Part shown: piece by piece, positions 1 through 9,605 of the stretch | How the letters are laid out: each line of letters begins with the position of its first letter | How positions within the stretch are numbered: position 1 is the stretch's first letter | Origin: an uncultured bacterium | GTDB taxonomy: Bacteria > Verrucomicrobiota > Verrucomicrobiia > Verrucomicrobiales > DEV007 | Direction of reading: 5' to 3' | Assembly: GCA_963977015.1 (NCBI GenBank) | Contig: CAXBMO010000041.1 | Coordinates: 1 to 30,515, forward strand | DNA length: 30,515 nucleotides | Translations under genes and position numbers: made by a program | The notes under the pieces: model-generated | Told to the model about the DNA's origin: nothing | What the model saw: the letters and a program-made list of their open reading frames with translations, nothing else | The model's database searches: none

Positions 1-171
1 CTGAACACAAAGAGACCAAGCTTTTCGTGTCCACTTTTTCGGGGGAGTTCCATTCAAAAGGCGCAATTGGGTGATGGGCATATCGCCTTCAGGATCCCAG
101 CGGTTGTCCCCCCAGTCGACAGAGTCGGGAACCTCCCAACTTGTTCCGCATTGCCCACAGTGATCCGTCAT
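1..171 (-). CDS. Partial cassette-borne hypothetical protein (MTDHCGQCGTSW...; runs off the left edge)
   Basis: Manual translation: ATG at 171-169 with an open frame to position 1 and an N-terminal CxxC. Preceded by the core site GTTCGGC (187-181) and an A-rich leader like the other cassettes. Confidence 0.6.
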   Translation of the reverse strand, partial: MTDHCGQCGTSWEVPDSVDWGDNRWDPEGDMPITQLRLLNGTPPKKWTRKAWSLCVQ

Positions 172-187
172 CTTTTTTGAGCCGAAC

Positions 188-418
188 AGTATATTATTTC
201 ACTTGAAGGGCTGATATCCAAATCACGCAATTGGACCCTAACTTCTTAAGAAATGTTGATTGTTTGGTTCGAGTATTCATGATTATTCTAAATGAGTATG
301 AAAATTGTCGATTCACGGGCTACTGCCCTTGGCTGCCATATGGACTATCACTACCGGCTTGGCCGGTTTTTTGCAATGCGATTTTGCCCGAAAAGGATGG
401 GGTGATAGGGAATGTGGG
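188..418 (-). repeat. Conserved non-coding repeat 'B', copy 1 (attI-like cassette head)
   Basis: Aligns by eye with 1068-1257 and 14624-14851 (shared blocks GATATCCAA, ATTCATGAT, ATGGACTA). Abuts the GTT core of the downstream cassette. Confidence 0.85.
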
Positions 419-478
419 ACCCGGAAACTGGCGCGCGGGCGATTGAGTTCAGGGAGCGTTTCTACGGGTTAACGGGCG

Positions 479-608
479 CGCAAGGATCGCCCTTCTATTG
501 AAGCCGGCGAAGCCGGAACAATGTACTAATTCAAGATTACGAAGAAAATCACTGGTAAGTGTACCAAACAGCAAAAAAACTATCGACAGACCACCTCAGA
601 TGTTCGAT
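479..608. repeat. Conserved non-coding repeat 'A', copy 1 (cassette tail)
   Basis: Aligns with 13426-13554. 35 bp are identical (577-611 = 13523-13557), and the blocks CGCAAGGATCGCCCTTCT and GAAGCCGGCG are shared. Confidence 0.9.
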
Positions 609-649
609 TATGCCCGTTTTGGCTTACCGCGTTGAATTCAGGGCGACCT

Positions 650-1054
650 TCAGAGCCGAATGACAGAATCCTCTTTGAGTTTGTTGAGAATTTCGGGCGC
701 TTGTGAAATATCGTCGTGAAATACAAGACCAGAAAATGTGCCGGTCACTTTGGCGTAGCGCTTTTCCAAGGCTTCACCGTTACGAGCAAAAATCGGACCT
801 GTTGTGTCAGCAAGCGCCTCTTCAATCAGCGCAATTGCCTCGCCATCCGTTAGGTCTTCCCAATCTTCAAGGGCGGGCATCGCGAGTTCTGCGGCAAAAT
901 CGTCCAAGGAAGTGGACCGCCAATAGTTTTCTATTTCATATTCTGTGACCGAGTGCCCTGCAATCGCTTCTATTTCATTCGCAACAGTAGTGAAGTTGAT
1001 CTCCTTCTCTTCATACCTTCGTATCAACTCGACGATCTTTGCTTTCGCTACCAT
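650..1054 (-). CDS. Cassette-borne hypothetical protein, possibly a bacteriocin/colicin-E-type immunity protein
   Basis: 134-aa acidic helical ORF whose C-terminus (SGLVFH...PEIL...IRL) resembles nuclease-colicin immunity proteins. Bounded by GTTATGCC (1067-1060) and the complementary GGCATAA (614-608). Confidence 0.7.
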   Translation of the reverse strand: MVAKAKIVELIRRYEEKEINFTTVANEIEAIAGHSVTEYEIENYWRSTSLDDFAAELAMPALEDWEDLTDGEAIALIEEALADTTGPIFARNGEALEKRYAKVTGTFSGLVFHDDISQAPEILNKLKEDSVIRL

Positions 1055-1067
1055 CTCTTGGCATAAC

Positions 1068-1257
1068 AGTATGTTATTCCACTTGAAAGACTGATATCCA
1101 ATTCATGAAATTGGACCCAACTTCTTAAGGGATGTTGATCGTTTGATTTCGGAATTCATGATTTTTCTGGAGGAGTGTGAAAATTGTCCAGTATCGAGCT
1201 GCCGCCAAGGGATTGCAGATGGACTAGCAATACGGGGTTTCGTCGTTTTCTTCAAGG
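1068..1257 (-). repeat. Repeat 'B', copy 2
   Basis: High similarity to 188-376 (AACAGTATxTTATTxCACTTGAA..CTGATATCCAA..AATTGGACCC..AACTTCTTAAG..ATGTTGAT). Confidence 0.85.
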
Positions 1258-1396
1258 AAGTTCCGACGAGGTGGGGAGTTTACTTGGAGGGGAGACTGCT
1301 GGGTGGTGACTCTTCTGATTTCGGACCCTAACAACATCGTGTCGGAAGCCACTGGGCGCTTCGTGGGAGCCCCGTCAAATCATCGCAGTTGAGGCG

Positions 1397-2506
1397 TCAG
1401 GATGGTGTGGCGGTGGCGTCTGGCTTGAACCAATTGCGGGTGCGTTGACAGGTGCGGACGAGGAAGAGCATGAGGGGCACCTCGATGAGGACGCCGACGA
1501 CGGTGGCGAGGGCCGCCCCGGACGAGAGGCCGAAGAGCATGACGGCGGTGGCGATGGCGACTTCGAAGTTGTTCGACGCGCCGATCATGGCGGCGGGGGC
1601 GGCGTCTTCGTAGCGGAATTTCAAAAGCTTCGCCGCGAGGTAGGTGAGGCCGAAGATCAGGAGCGTTTGAAGCGCGAGCGGGATGGCGATCCAGAGAATA
1701 GTGAGCGGGTTGGCCAGGATGGTATCGCCTTTGAAACTGAAGAGCAGAACCAGGGTCACAAGCAGGGCGCCGATCGAGACCGGGGTGAGGTAGCGGAGAA
1801 ATTTGTCCGCGAACCACTCGGGCCCCTTCGCGTTCATGATCCACTTGCGGGAGAAGTAACCGGCCACGAGCGGCAGGGCGACGTAGATGCCAACGGAGAG
1901 GAGGAGCGCCTCCCACGGAACCGGCATTTGGTTGACCCCGAGCAGCCATCCGCCGAGGACGCCGTAGAGTACGAGCATGGTGAGGGAGTTGATCGCGACC
2001 ATGACGAGGGTGAGCCCCTGGTTGCCGCGGGCGAGGTAGCCCCACACCAGCACCATGGCGGTGCACGGGGCGATGCCGAGCAGGATGGCGCCGGAGATGT
2101 AGGACCGATAGAGTTCGACCTCGGTGCCGTCCTTGACCATCTCGGTGCCGGGAAGGAGATCCTTGAAAAAGACGCCAAGAAAGAGCGTCGCGATGGCGAG
2201 CATGGTGAACGGTTTGATGGCCCAGTTCACGAAGAGAGTCAGAAATACGGGGCGCGGGCTTCGGCTGGCCTGGACGACCTCGCCAAAGTCGATTTTGACC
2301 ATGATGGGATACATCATGAAGAAGAGGCAGATGGCGATGGGGATGGAGACAACCGGGGCGTCGTTCACGTAGATCGCCATGCCGTCGAGGGTTTCGGCAA
2401 GGCCCGGGGCGAGTTTGCCGAGGGCGATGCCGACGACGATGCAGGACGTCACCCAAAGGGAGAGGTGACGCTCAAAGAAGCTCATGGAAGATTTGTCGAG
2501 ACTCAT
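1397..2506 (-). CDS. acr3: Acr3-family arsenite efflux transporter
   Basis: Motifs [48 protein letters not shown] and VVGVLIEVP; multiple TM helices. Confidence 0.95.
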   Translation of the reverse strand: MSLDKSSMSFFERHLSLWVTSCIVVGIALGKLAPGLAETLDGMAIYVNDAPVVSIPIAICLFFMMYPIMVKIDFGEVVQASRSPRPVFLTLFVNWAIKPFTMLAIATLFLGVFFKDLLPGTEMVKDGTEVELYRSYISGAILLGIAPCTAMVLVWGYLARGNQGLTLVMVAINSLTMLVLYGVLGGWLLGVNQMPVPWEALLLSVGIYVALPLVAGYFSRKWIMNAKGPEWFADKFLRYLTPVSIGALLVTLVLLFSFKGDTILANPLTILWIAIPLALQTLLIFGLTYLAAKLLKFRYEDAAPAAMIGASNNFEVAIATAVMLFGLSSGAALATVVGVLIEVPLMLFLVRTCQRTRNWFKPDATATPS

Positions 2507-2611
2507 GGGAAATGGGGATGTGTCAGTTTGGTGGCGCGGTGATGCCGTGGACGACGTTTCGAAGGCGTGGTGGGCGCGGGCTAGACAGGGGAGGTGTGTG
2601 GCTTTGTTGAC

Positions 2612-2944
2612 TCAATCGTCCGCGGCTTCGTGAAAGTCATTGAGGCAGCAGAAAAGGTTCAGCAGGCAGGGCTTGCGAAGCGAGTAGAAGATCTGGGTGC
2701 CGCGACGTTCCTGCTTCAGAATGCCGACATTTCGCAAGACGGTGAGATGAGTCGAGACCGTGGACATGTCGAGATCGAGCAATGCGGTTAGGTCGGCGAC
2801 ACAGCGTTCGCCCTCGGCAACGGCGTTGATGATGACGAGCCGGTTGGGATTGCTGAGCGCCTTGAAAACGGCCGCAGCTTTCTCGAAGTCCTGGGCATCA
2901 AGATTGGAGGCACCGGCAGGCGAGGCGTCGCAGGATTCGGGCAT
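2612..2944 (-). CDS. arsR: ArsR/SmtB-family repressor
   Basis: FKALSNPNRL...ERCVADL...STVSTHL...RGTQIFYSL winged-helix pattern, directly upstream of acr3. Confidence 0.92.
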   Translation of the reverse strand: MPESCDASPAGASNLDAQDFEKAAAVFKALSNPNRLVIINAVAEGERCVADLTALLDLDMSTVSTHLTVLRNVGILKQERRGTQIFYSLRKPCLLNLFCCLNDFHEAADD

Positions 2945-2951
2945 ACATTGA

Positions 2952-2973
2952 TATTTGGCAAAGTATCCAAATA
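2952..2973. promoter_or_regulatory. Putative ArsR operator
   Basis: Inverted repeat TATTTGG-N8-CCAAATA immediately upstream of the arsR ATG. Confidence 0.6.
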
Positions 2974-3032
2974 ATGCAAGTGCGAAGGTCCGGAAACTGC
3001 GTTGCTACGGAACCTCGGGACCCGTGCTGCCC

Positions 3033-4478
3033 TCAGAATCCAAGCCACTTCTTGATCCGCTCCCAAAGAGGGGTGGTGTTGACGATCTTGTGCTGCTGTT
3101 GGTCAACCTTGACGCGCCCCATCCCGACGCCCGCGACGTAGTAGTCCAGCAGTTCTGCGATGGTTGCGTCTTCAAAGACTTCGGGATCGCCGGTGCCGGA
3201 GGAGTAGCTGGTCCAGCCGGAAAGGTTGGCGGTGAGGTCGGTTGATTTGCGGATGAGTTCCAGAAGCTGGTAGTTCGGTTCCGCTTCGAGGTAGGGGATG
3301 CGAAGGTCGAAGAGGTTGTCCACGGGAGCACCGTTGTTCGGCCCGCCGGGAAGCGGCGGCAGGTGAAAGAGGATCCTCCCGCGATTGGGGAGAAAGAGGA
3401 ATTCGATCTCCTCGTTCGGGAGCGGATTTCGCGACGTCCAGTAGGCGAATCCCTGGTAGGCATGGACGAAGGGGCTCGAGCCGTCGGGCAAGCGAACTTG
3501 AAGTTGGGTGCCGAATTCCTTGGGCGCATAGTTGAGCAAGCCGAGGTGGCCTTCGGACTCCGGGTCTCTCCGCGTCAAGGTTTGCGTCACGGAGTCATTG
3601 TCGCCGCTTCTGCTGGACTGGGACCACTTGCCGGTGTGGAGTTCGTGCAATCGGATTTCGGCCTGACTGAACGACGCCGTTGCGCCGGGTTCCAGCTTCA
3701 GCATCCGGCGTTCGGCCGGGCCATAGGCAAAGTCGATCGCGAGAACGAAAGGGGGATTGTGCCAGGCTTCAAACCGGGTCGACATCTGGGAGAGCTTGGC
3801 GTGGTGATAACTCGAACCGCTGGAAAGCGAGGTCTGGTTTTCCGCGTTGAGGATGCGAAAGCCCATCCAGCGAAAGGCGTCATCGTTGGAGGTCTCCACC
3901 AGGAACATGACTTCGGGCCAGTGCGTGCGAGAGCTGAGGTAGAAGCTGGGCGTTCCGTAGGATTTTTGGTCATCCCAATTTTCCACCGGATCATGGGTGT
4001 GGGGATCAATGAACTTGGCTGGGAAACGCTTGTCGTCTCCGGTAAGGGATTCCTTGTCGGGCCAGAAGACGGACAGGGCCTTCAGGCGAATTGTCAAATC
4101 CGGGCCAAAACTGCCTTCTTTGCCGAGCCCTGCGTCAATGACCCGGATGTGAGGGACCGCGCCGCCAGTCGCGTTTTGGATTTGGGATTCGATGCGAATC
4201 TCGGTTTCGGTGAGCGAAGACGTTGAGGTGCCGAACCGATAGGGTTTGGCCGGAATCGAACCCGAGGGTGGAGCAAAGGTGGGATCCCAGTTGCGGCGAG
4301 ACTCCGTCAGGCGGATTTCGTGGGGCGAGCTGAAGTGACGGGTGCTGGGGCGCTGCGAGACACCGAAAATGGCGGAGCCCAAAAACAGCAGGAGGATGCC
4401 CAGCGTAATCCAGGCTTTGGGGGTGAGGCGCTTCACAAAATGTGCTCCCACTCTGGCTGGAGTGGGTTGGGAATCCAA
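3033..4478 (-). CDS. Hypothetical membrane-anchored/exported protein
   Basis: 481-aa ORF with one N-terminal hydrophobic helix, 14 bp downstream of the PPC gene. The TTG start is uncertain. Confidence 0.7.
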   Translation of the reverse strand: MDSQPTPARVGAHFVKRLTPKAWITLGILLLFLGSAIFGVSQRPSTRHFSSPHEIRLTESRRNWDPTFAPPSGSIPAKPYRFGTSTSSLTETEIRIESQIQNATGGAVPHIRVIDAGLGKEGSFGPDLTIRLKALSVFWPDKESLTGDDKRFPAKFIDPHTHDPVENWDDQKSYGTPSFYLSSRTHWPEVMFLVETSNDDAFRWMGFRILNAENQTSLSSGSSYHHAKLSQMSTRFEAWHNPPFVLAIDFAYGPAERRMLKLEPGATASFSQAEIRLHELHTGKWSQSSRSGDNDSVTQTLTRRDPESEGHLGLLNYAPKEFGTQLQVRLPDGSSPFVHAYQGFAYWTSRNPLPNEEIEFLFLPNRGRILFHLPPLPGGPNNGAPVDNLFDLRIPYLEAEPNYQLLELIRKSTDLTANLSGWTSYSSGTGDPEVFEDATIAELLDYYVAGVGMGRVKVDQQQHKIVNTTPLWERIKKWLGF

Positions 4479-4492
4479 GCCAATTCTTGGCG

Positions 4493-6814
4493 CTACTTCT
4501 TCGGCGCTGGCGCGGTCACTTCCACGGTGATGGGGACCGAGTAGGTCGCGAATTGCTGGGTTTTCTCCTTGGCGGTATCGGCGCTCTGCTTGGCGGCTTT
4601 TTCGGCGGCAGTTTTGAGCGTGGCGACGGTCTTGGCCTTGGCTTCGTCGCCGGCGACGGTTTTGGCGAGATCCGTCAGGCGGGCGACTTCGGCTTCGGCG
4701 CGTTCGGCAGCTGCGGGATTGTGCCGGTAAAGCGCGTTGCCCACGCCCTGAAGCACGAATTGATACCTGCCGGGCTCGATTTTGAAGTTGCCGCTCGGCC
4801 GAAAGTTGATCGTTACCTTCCCCTCGGTCGCGCCCTCGGCAATGGAGGTTTTCGGCGGGCTTCTCAGCATTCCGGGAAACCCGAAGACTTCGACCTGGAG
4901 GCTGCCCTTGCGCGGACCGGCGTCGTGGACGGTGAAGGGGATGTCCAGCGTCTGGTTGAGTTCGGCGGTCCAGACCTTGTCTTCGGCGGGGGCGAGGATC
5001 GTGGGTTCGGCTTCCGTATCCATGACCGAAAGGACGATCTCCTCGTCGATCCGCGACCGCACCTGGCGCTGGTTTCCAAAGACGCGGATTCCCCAGATGA
5101 TGGAGCCGTTTCGTGCTTCCCGCGTCACGGCGTTCTCGTTGATGTCGGCGGTTCCCGTGATGCGAATGGGGCCGGTCCAGCGCGGTGCGTCGGCCCGGGC
5201 CTGGAGCATCAGGTAGCCTTCCGTCGTCTTGCCGCTCATCACCAACGGTGGCGCGATGACGCCTTCCGGCAGGTCGTGTGCCTCCACTGTGATGTCGCCT
5301 TCGAATCCGTCCTGGCGCAGGGCGAGGATCCGAAACACCATCGCTCCGCCGCGTCGCAACAGCGGTGCGGCCGGGTAGGCGTCGTTGTTGATCGTTTTGG
5401 TGCGTTCCGTTCCGGCGATGAGTTGAAAGTCCGGTTGGGGATCGCGGATCGCGAGCCGGTAGAGATGGGCGAGACTTCCGCCGCCGCTTTGGTTGAGCAG
5501 GGTGATGAGATAGTCGCCCGCTTCCGGGGCGGTGAATTGAAGGGCGGGATCGAGCGTGTTCGCGTTCAGGTCGTCGAGCGAGTCGGGGCCGTAGAAGCTG
5601 GCCGGGTCATCGGCTTCGGCCAACAGCTTACCATCATCGCCAACCTTGCGAACGGAGATGACCGGATCGCTGAGCACGCCGAGGCGGTCGGAATAGACCT
5701 CCAACGCATAGGTGCGATCCTTCTCCGCGGTGAACCGGAAGCTGTCGATGTCGCCGGGTTCGTCAAACCGGCCGGCGATCTCGCAGGGAACCGTCACCAA
5801 TTGATCGATCGCGTCCGCATCTTCCAGAACGACGGGCGCGGTTGCGAACCCGACCTTGGTCGATCCGGCGATGAATCCCGGGAACGCGGCGACGCGCGGC
5901 TTGGCGGTCTGGATTCCGGCAGGGGAGGCGACCTCCGCCGGGGCGCTGACTTTGATCGTTGCGGTTTCGATCGGCTTGCCATCGAGGAGATTCCCGGTGT
6001 CGATCTTTCCATCCGGCAAATGGCGTCCGAACTGGGTAAGCTTCGCCGTTTTCCCGGGTTCAACCGCAGGAGGGAAGGCGAAGTCGACCCTGGGCTGCCG
6101 GGAAATCTGGAGTCGGTAGAAATACTCGCTGTTGCCACGATACAAGGTCTCCGAAAGCGCCACAAAGTATTCGCCATCAGTCGGCGGCGTGAAGTCGACC
6201 AGAGGATCGGCCCCGATCGAACGGCGATTGCTGTCCAACTCGCGTCCCGCTTCATCAAAAACGGCCAACTGGCAGTCCGCCCGCGAATCGAGTCGCTCCG
6301 CCCAAGCCTGGATGATGAGTCGCTCGCCGCCCTTGCCCGTGAAGCGATACCAATCGATTTTGCGATTGTCAGTCGTTCCGAGCACGCCGGTCTCGAGTTC
6401 CAGCGGCATCGCTGTTTCCCGGGTCGAGTGATTGCCCTCCTCCCGAGTTTCCACCGCATTTTGGTCAACGACCATGAAGGGACGCGCCGTGGAAAGGCCA
6501 AAGTAACCGAGCGAGCGAACCTCGTAGAGCCCGGGCTCGGCATCGGCGGGAATCGTGATCTTGAACCGGTTCGCGACCGGGCGTGGCTCGGGATGAAACT
6601 CGTCGGCCGACTGGGTGATCGTCTCAACCTGAAAACGCGGATCGGCAAAGCGCAGCGTCGTCGCCTCGTCGAGGTTGGAGCCCTTGATGGTGACCTCAAC
6701 CGTGGCGCCCGCTTTCCCGACCGCCGGAGCGATCATCAACAGATCGGGGTTCGGCATGAAAGCGTGAGCCAGGGTGAGGCCCGCGAGATAGGAAAGGGTA
6801 AGGAAGAACCGCAT
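4493..6814 (-). CDS. Secreted PPC (pre-peptidase C-terminal) repeat protein, PVC type
   Basis: Signal peptide MRFFLTL...AHA, PAVGKAGATVEVTIKG, DWYRF and DIDSFRF repeats. Start placed at ATG 6814. Confidence 0.85.
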   Translation of the reverse strand: MRFFLTLSYLAGLTLAHAFMPNPDLLMIAPAVGKAGATVEVTIKGSNLDEATTLRFADPRFQVETITQSADEFHPEPRPVANRFKITIPADAEPGLYEVRSLGYFGLSTARPFMVVDQNAVETREEGNHSTRETAMPLELETGVLGTTDNRKIDWYRFTGKGGERLIIQAWAERLDSRADCQLAVFDEAGRELDSNRRSIGADPLVDFTPPTDGEYFVALSETLYRGNSEYFYRLQISRQPRVDFAFPPAVEPGKTAKLTQFGRHLPDGKIDTGNLLDGKPIETATIKVSAPAEVASPAGIQTAKPRVAAFPGFIAGSTKVGFATAPVVLEDADAIDQLVTVPCEIAGRFDEPGDIDSFRFTAEKDRTYALEVYSDRLGVLSDPVISVRKVGDDGKLLAEADDPASFYGPDSLDDLNANTLDPALQFTAPEAGDYLITLLNQSGGGSLAHLYRLAIRDPQPDFQLIAGTERTKTINNDAYPAAPLLRRGGAMVFRILALRQDGFEGDITVEAHDLPEGVIAPPLVMSGKTTEGYLMLQARADAPRWTGPIRITGTADINENAVTREARNGSIIWGIRVFGNQRQVRSRIDEEIVLSVMDTEAEPTILAPAEDKVWTAELNQTLDIPFTVHDAGPRKGSLQVEVFGFPGMLRSPPKTSIAEGATEGKVTINFRPSGNFKIEPGRYQFVLQGVGNALYRHNPAAAERAEAEVARLTDLAKTVAGDEAKAKTVATLKTAAEKAAKQSADTAKEKTQQFATYSVPITVEVTAPAPKK

Positions 6815-6916
6815 ATCCCCAATACACGGTGGAATTGGGGAGAGCCTTGCGGGCAAATCGCAGTGGAATCAGCGGTTTGGAGGGCTATTTCTACCACCCT
6901 TTGTAAACTTCCATGC

Positions 6917-7333
6917 CTATTCTTCCCACGGATTGATCAGGTCAACGCCGGTATCGGCAAAATCAACCAGGTTCCTCGTCACCAACGTGAGTTCATGAAC
7001 CAAGGCCGTTGCGGCGATGATGCAATCTGCCGTGTTTCGGGTTCGAATTGCCAAGATTTTCCCCGCCTGTTCCGCGATGGCCGAATTCACGGGGAGAATG
7101 CGATCGGCGAAGTTCGGGATTACCTGGTTTTGATACCATGTTTCCAAAATCGCAGCGAATTCGGCGTCCTTGCGTTTGGTGGCCTCGATCCCGTTGGTGA
7201 TCTCCATCTGAGTAATCACGCTGATAAAACAGGAGACAGGCTTGATACCGGATTGCCACGCCGCAACGTTGGCATTGCACCGTTTTTTCCTGCGCAACTC
7301 CGAGATCACATTGGTGTCGAGCAGGAATGCCAT
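6917..7333 (-). CDS. vapC: PIN-domain toxin (VapC family)
   Basis: FLLDTNVISE, SVITQMEI, DCIIAATA and LVTRNLVDF motifs. Confidence 0.93.
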   Translation of the reverse strand: MAFLLDTNVISELRRKKRCNANVAAWQSGIKPVSCFISVITQMEITNGIEATKRKDAEFAAILETWYQNQVIPNFADRILPVNSAIAEQAGKILAIRTRNTADCIIAATALVHELTLVTRNLVDFADTGVDLINPWEE

Positions 7334-7341
7334 TGAGTGAG

Positions 7342-7575
7342 TTAGGATAGATCGATTTCCCGAGGTGAATCTGCGGCTCGTGCAAAATCCACGTTTCCCT
7401 CATCGTCGCTTCCCAACAATTCGAGAAGCGTTTCGCTCTTTGTTTGGGGACCGGGTTGGACCAACTCTCGCTTCAACAGATTCGTGATCCAAACTGACAA
7501 AGAAGTGCCCGCATCGTCCGCTCGATGCCGGGCGGCCTCACCCAGTTCTTCTTCCAGTTGCAGAGTGACGTTCAT
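7342..7575 (-). CDS. Putative antitoxin (VapB-like, ribbon-helix-helix)
   Basis: 77-aa ORF 8 bp upstream of vapC, with an RHH-like N-terminus (MNVTLQLEEEL...SLSVWI) and an acidic tail. Confidence 0.8.
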   Translation of the reverse strand: MNVTLQLEEELGEAARHRADDAGTSLSVWITNLLKRELVQPGPQTKSETLLELLGSDDEGNVDFARAADSPREIDLS

Positions 7576-7660
7576 GTCTGAGGAATCTTACCACTTGGCG
7601 GTTAAACATCAATCATGGCTTGCGGCTGCCTTTCCCGCGACCGGGCAAATCTCCGGGGAA

Positions 7661-9568
7661 TCACCGCATGGTCGGCTCGACCCGGAAGAGCTTGCTTCGG
7701 GCGCGGAAGGCGTGATCGAGCCTCATTCGTTTTACCTCGTGACCGAGGCCCCAGGTATCGGAGAAAATCACGTCGCCGGTCTCAAAGTTGTAGCCGATGA
7801 CGAGGCGCATGTGACCGCCGCCGGTTTGGGCGGTGAGGGGCGGGTTTTCCGGAAAGATGCCCACCTGGAGCGCCCAAAGCAGGGGGATTCCCTGGTCGAT
7901 GTTGGTTTTGATGACCTGTTGAAAGGCTCCGGGACTTTGCGTCTGCAAGGGGGTGAAGCGGATGTGGAACTTGTGGGAGATGCGCTCGAGTGAATCCTGC
8001 ATTTCATCGAGCCGCGTGCCGCGCTGGGCGGAGCTTTGGAAGAGCGGGGCGAGTTGGTGTTGGTCGATCGGAACGCGGTAGTACTCAAACAGGCGTTGGC
8101 AGGCCGCGACCACGCAGTAGCCCTTGGCGCCCTGGTCGACCATCGGGATTTCCGGGATCAGGACGTCGCCGGAAGGCTTTACGCGCTCGACGTTGGCGGG
8201 AAGCTGGATGAGCCGGACTCCCTGCCGCGCGATTTCCTTCGGGCTGAGGCGGAGCCGCAGATATTGAGGATCCGCGCCGCTTTCCGCCATCGCCTCGGGG
8301 TTGTATTCCAACACGGCGGTCCCGGTTTTGCCCTGCCAGCGATAGCCCTTGATGTCGATGCCCGTTTTGGTGTCGGGACGCCGTGGGGTTGCCCGAACCC
8401 CGAGCATTTCGCTGAGGGCGCGACCACATTTGACGAAGAGTTCCTTGAATTCGCCGGGATCGATTTTGCCGGAATCCCCGCGATTGTAGAGCGAGAACGT
8501 CATCTCTGAAATTCGCCCGTTTTTGAAGTCGATGATGGCTTCCTGCGCCTCAACGGCACCATTCCAGAGGCGAAGATCGACGTGTTGGTTCGAGAACGTC
8601 TTGCGGTAGAACAGGGCGCGGTTCTTGCTTTGGGTGAGCCACTTGAAGTAGGGATTTTCTCCGTCGGAAAGCTCGGCGAACGCGGGTGGCGGCGCGAACC
8701 GGGTGCTCATCTTCGCGGGGGTCATTTTCCAGACGGCGGGGAGGTTCAGCAGTGGGTCGAGCGGGCAGTTCAGGAGGCCCTGCCGGCTTTCGTGAACAAA
8801 TTCATCGAGGAGAAGGTTGCCCGCTTGGTCCGGTGGAACGAATCGCAGCCGGACGAGTGGCCGGTCCGGGAGCTCGCCTGGTGCGTCCGGATTCACGTTG
8901 TAATCCAGCAACGCGATGTAGTCCTTCGTCACCCACTTGTAGCCCTCGGCCTTGGTGACGACGGCGGGTTCCAAGGCCGTGCCGCGGGTGCGGCCAATGC
9001 CGGTGCTTAGCATTTCGGCCTGCGTCTTCCGGGGATCGTGCGCATAGTGATGCGGAGTGGGTTTGGTGCTGAAGAGGCCTTTGAGAGTTTCCGTGGCGGT
9101 CTCACGAAGCTTGGTGTAATCCGCGACGGAGAGAGGCGGGGCGTCTTCATCGTGAAACACGATCACGATTCGTTCCGCCTGGTCGCCGGCGAAATCCACC
9201 CTGGCTCGCTCGACCGGAAGGCGACCGCCGAAACTGGTCATGTTGCAGGTGACGTTGCCATAGAGCTTGCGCGCAAACATGGCCCGTTGATCGCTCGAAC
9301 CCTGCCGGGCGAGCAGTTGGAAGTAGGGATTCACGGAAAAATCTTCCGCATCGAACATGTTGCTCAGCTGGTCGGGCTTCACGCTCCAGAGTTCTCCCAA
9401 CTCAAGAAGCGGGTCGAGCTCGCAGCTGACCTCGAACTGGTTTTGATCCTGGGCCCGGGTTGAAGGAATCGCGAACCAGGCGAATCCGACAACGACAATC
9501 AGAAATGGATAATGATGCAACCTCACAACGTTGCCGAAGATGGCACCACGCCACGTCTCAAATGTCAA
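7661..9568 (-). CDS. Secreted protein with a C-terminal C39-like cysteine peptidase domain
   Basis: Signal-like N-terminus; QGAKGYCVVA (Q...C), GGHMRLVIGYN (H) and FSDTWG (D). Confidence 0.8.
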   Translation of the reverse strand: MTFETWRGAIFGNVVRLHHYPFLIVVVGFAWFAIPSTRAQDQNQFEVSCELDPLLELGELWSVKPDQLSNMFDAEDFSVNPYFQLLARQGSSDQRAMFARKLYGNVTCNMTSFGGRLPVERARVDFAGDQAERIVIVFHDEDAPPLSVADYTKLRETATETLKGLFSTKPTPHHYAHDPRKTQAEMLSTGIGRTRGTALEPAVVTKAEGYKWVTKDYIALLDYNVNPDAPGELPDRPLVRLRFVPPDQAGNLLLDEFVHESRQGLLNCPLDPLLNLPAVWKMTPAKMSTRFAPPPAFAELSDGENPYFKWLTQSKNRALFYRKTFSNQHVDLRLWNGAVEAQEAIIDFKNGRISEMTFSLYNRGDSGKIDPGEFKELFVKCGRALSEMLGVRATPRRPDTKTGIDIKGYRWQGKTGTAVLEYNPEAMAESGADPQYLRLRLSPKEIARQGVRLIQLPANVERVKPSGDVLIPEIPMVDQGAKGYCVVAACQRLFEYYRVPIDQHQLAPLFQSSAQRGTRLDEMQDSLERISHKFHIRFTPLQTQSPGAFQQVIKTNIDQGIPLLWALQVGIFPENPPLTAQTGGGHMRLVIGYNFETGDVIFSDTWGLGHEVKRMRLDHAFRARSKLFRVEPTMR

Positions 9569-9605
9569 TCCTTCGCGGAAAGGAAGTGCCTAATGACTCG
9601 CCAAT

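Noticed and set aside
231-446. Small ORFs inside repeat B (231-446, 1143-1331, 14741-14992)
   Set aside because: Starts, lengths and frames are not conserved between copies, so B appears non-coding.
479-608. Repeat A as a bona fide group II intron domain V/VI
   Set aside because: No clear catalytic-triad domain V hairpin or bulged branch A, so it is kept only as a hypothesis.
180-1257. Repeats with unique intervening DNA as a CRISPR array
   Set aside because: The repeats are 130-230 bp, the intervening segments are whole ORFs, and no cas genes are present.
4442-7336. 964-aa plus-strand ORF, and similar long ORFs such as 10243-11853, 26976-28652, 28962-30407, 1445-2542 and 15016-16524
   Set aside because: Antisense shadows of well-supported genes in GC-rich DNA, with no recognisable motifs.
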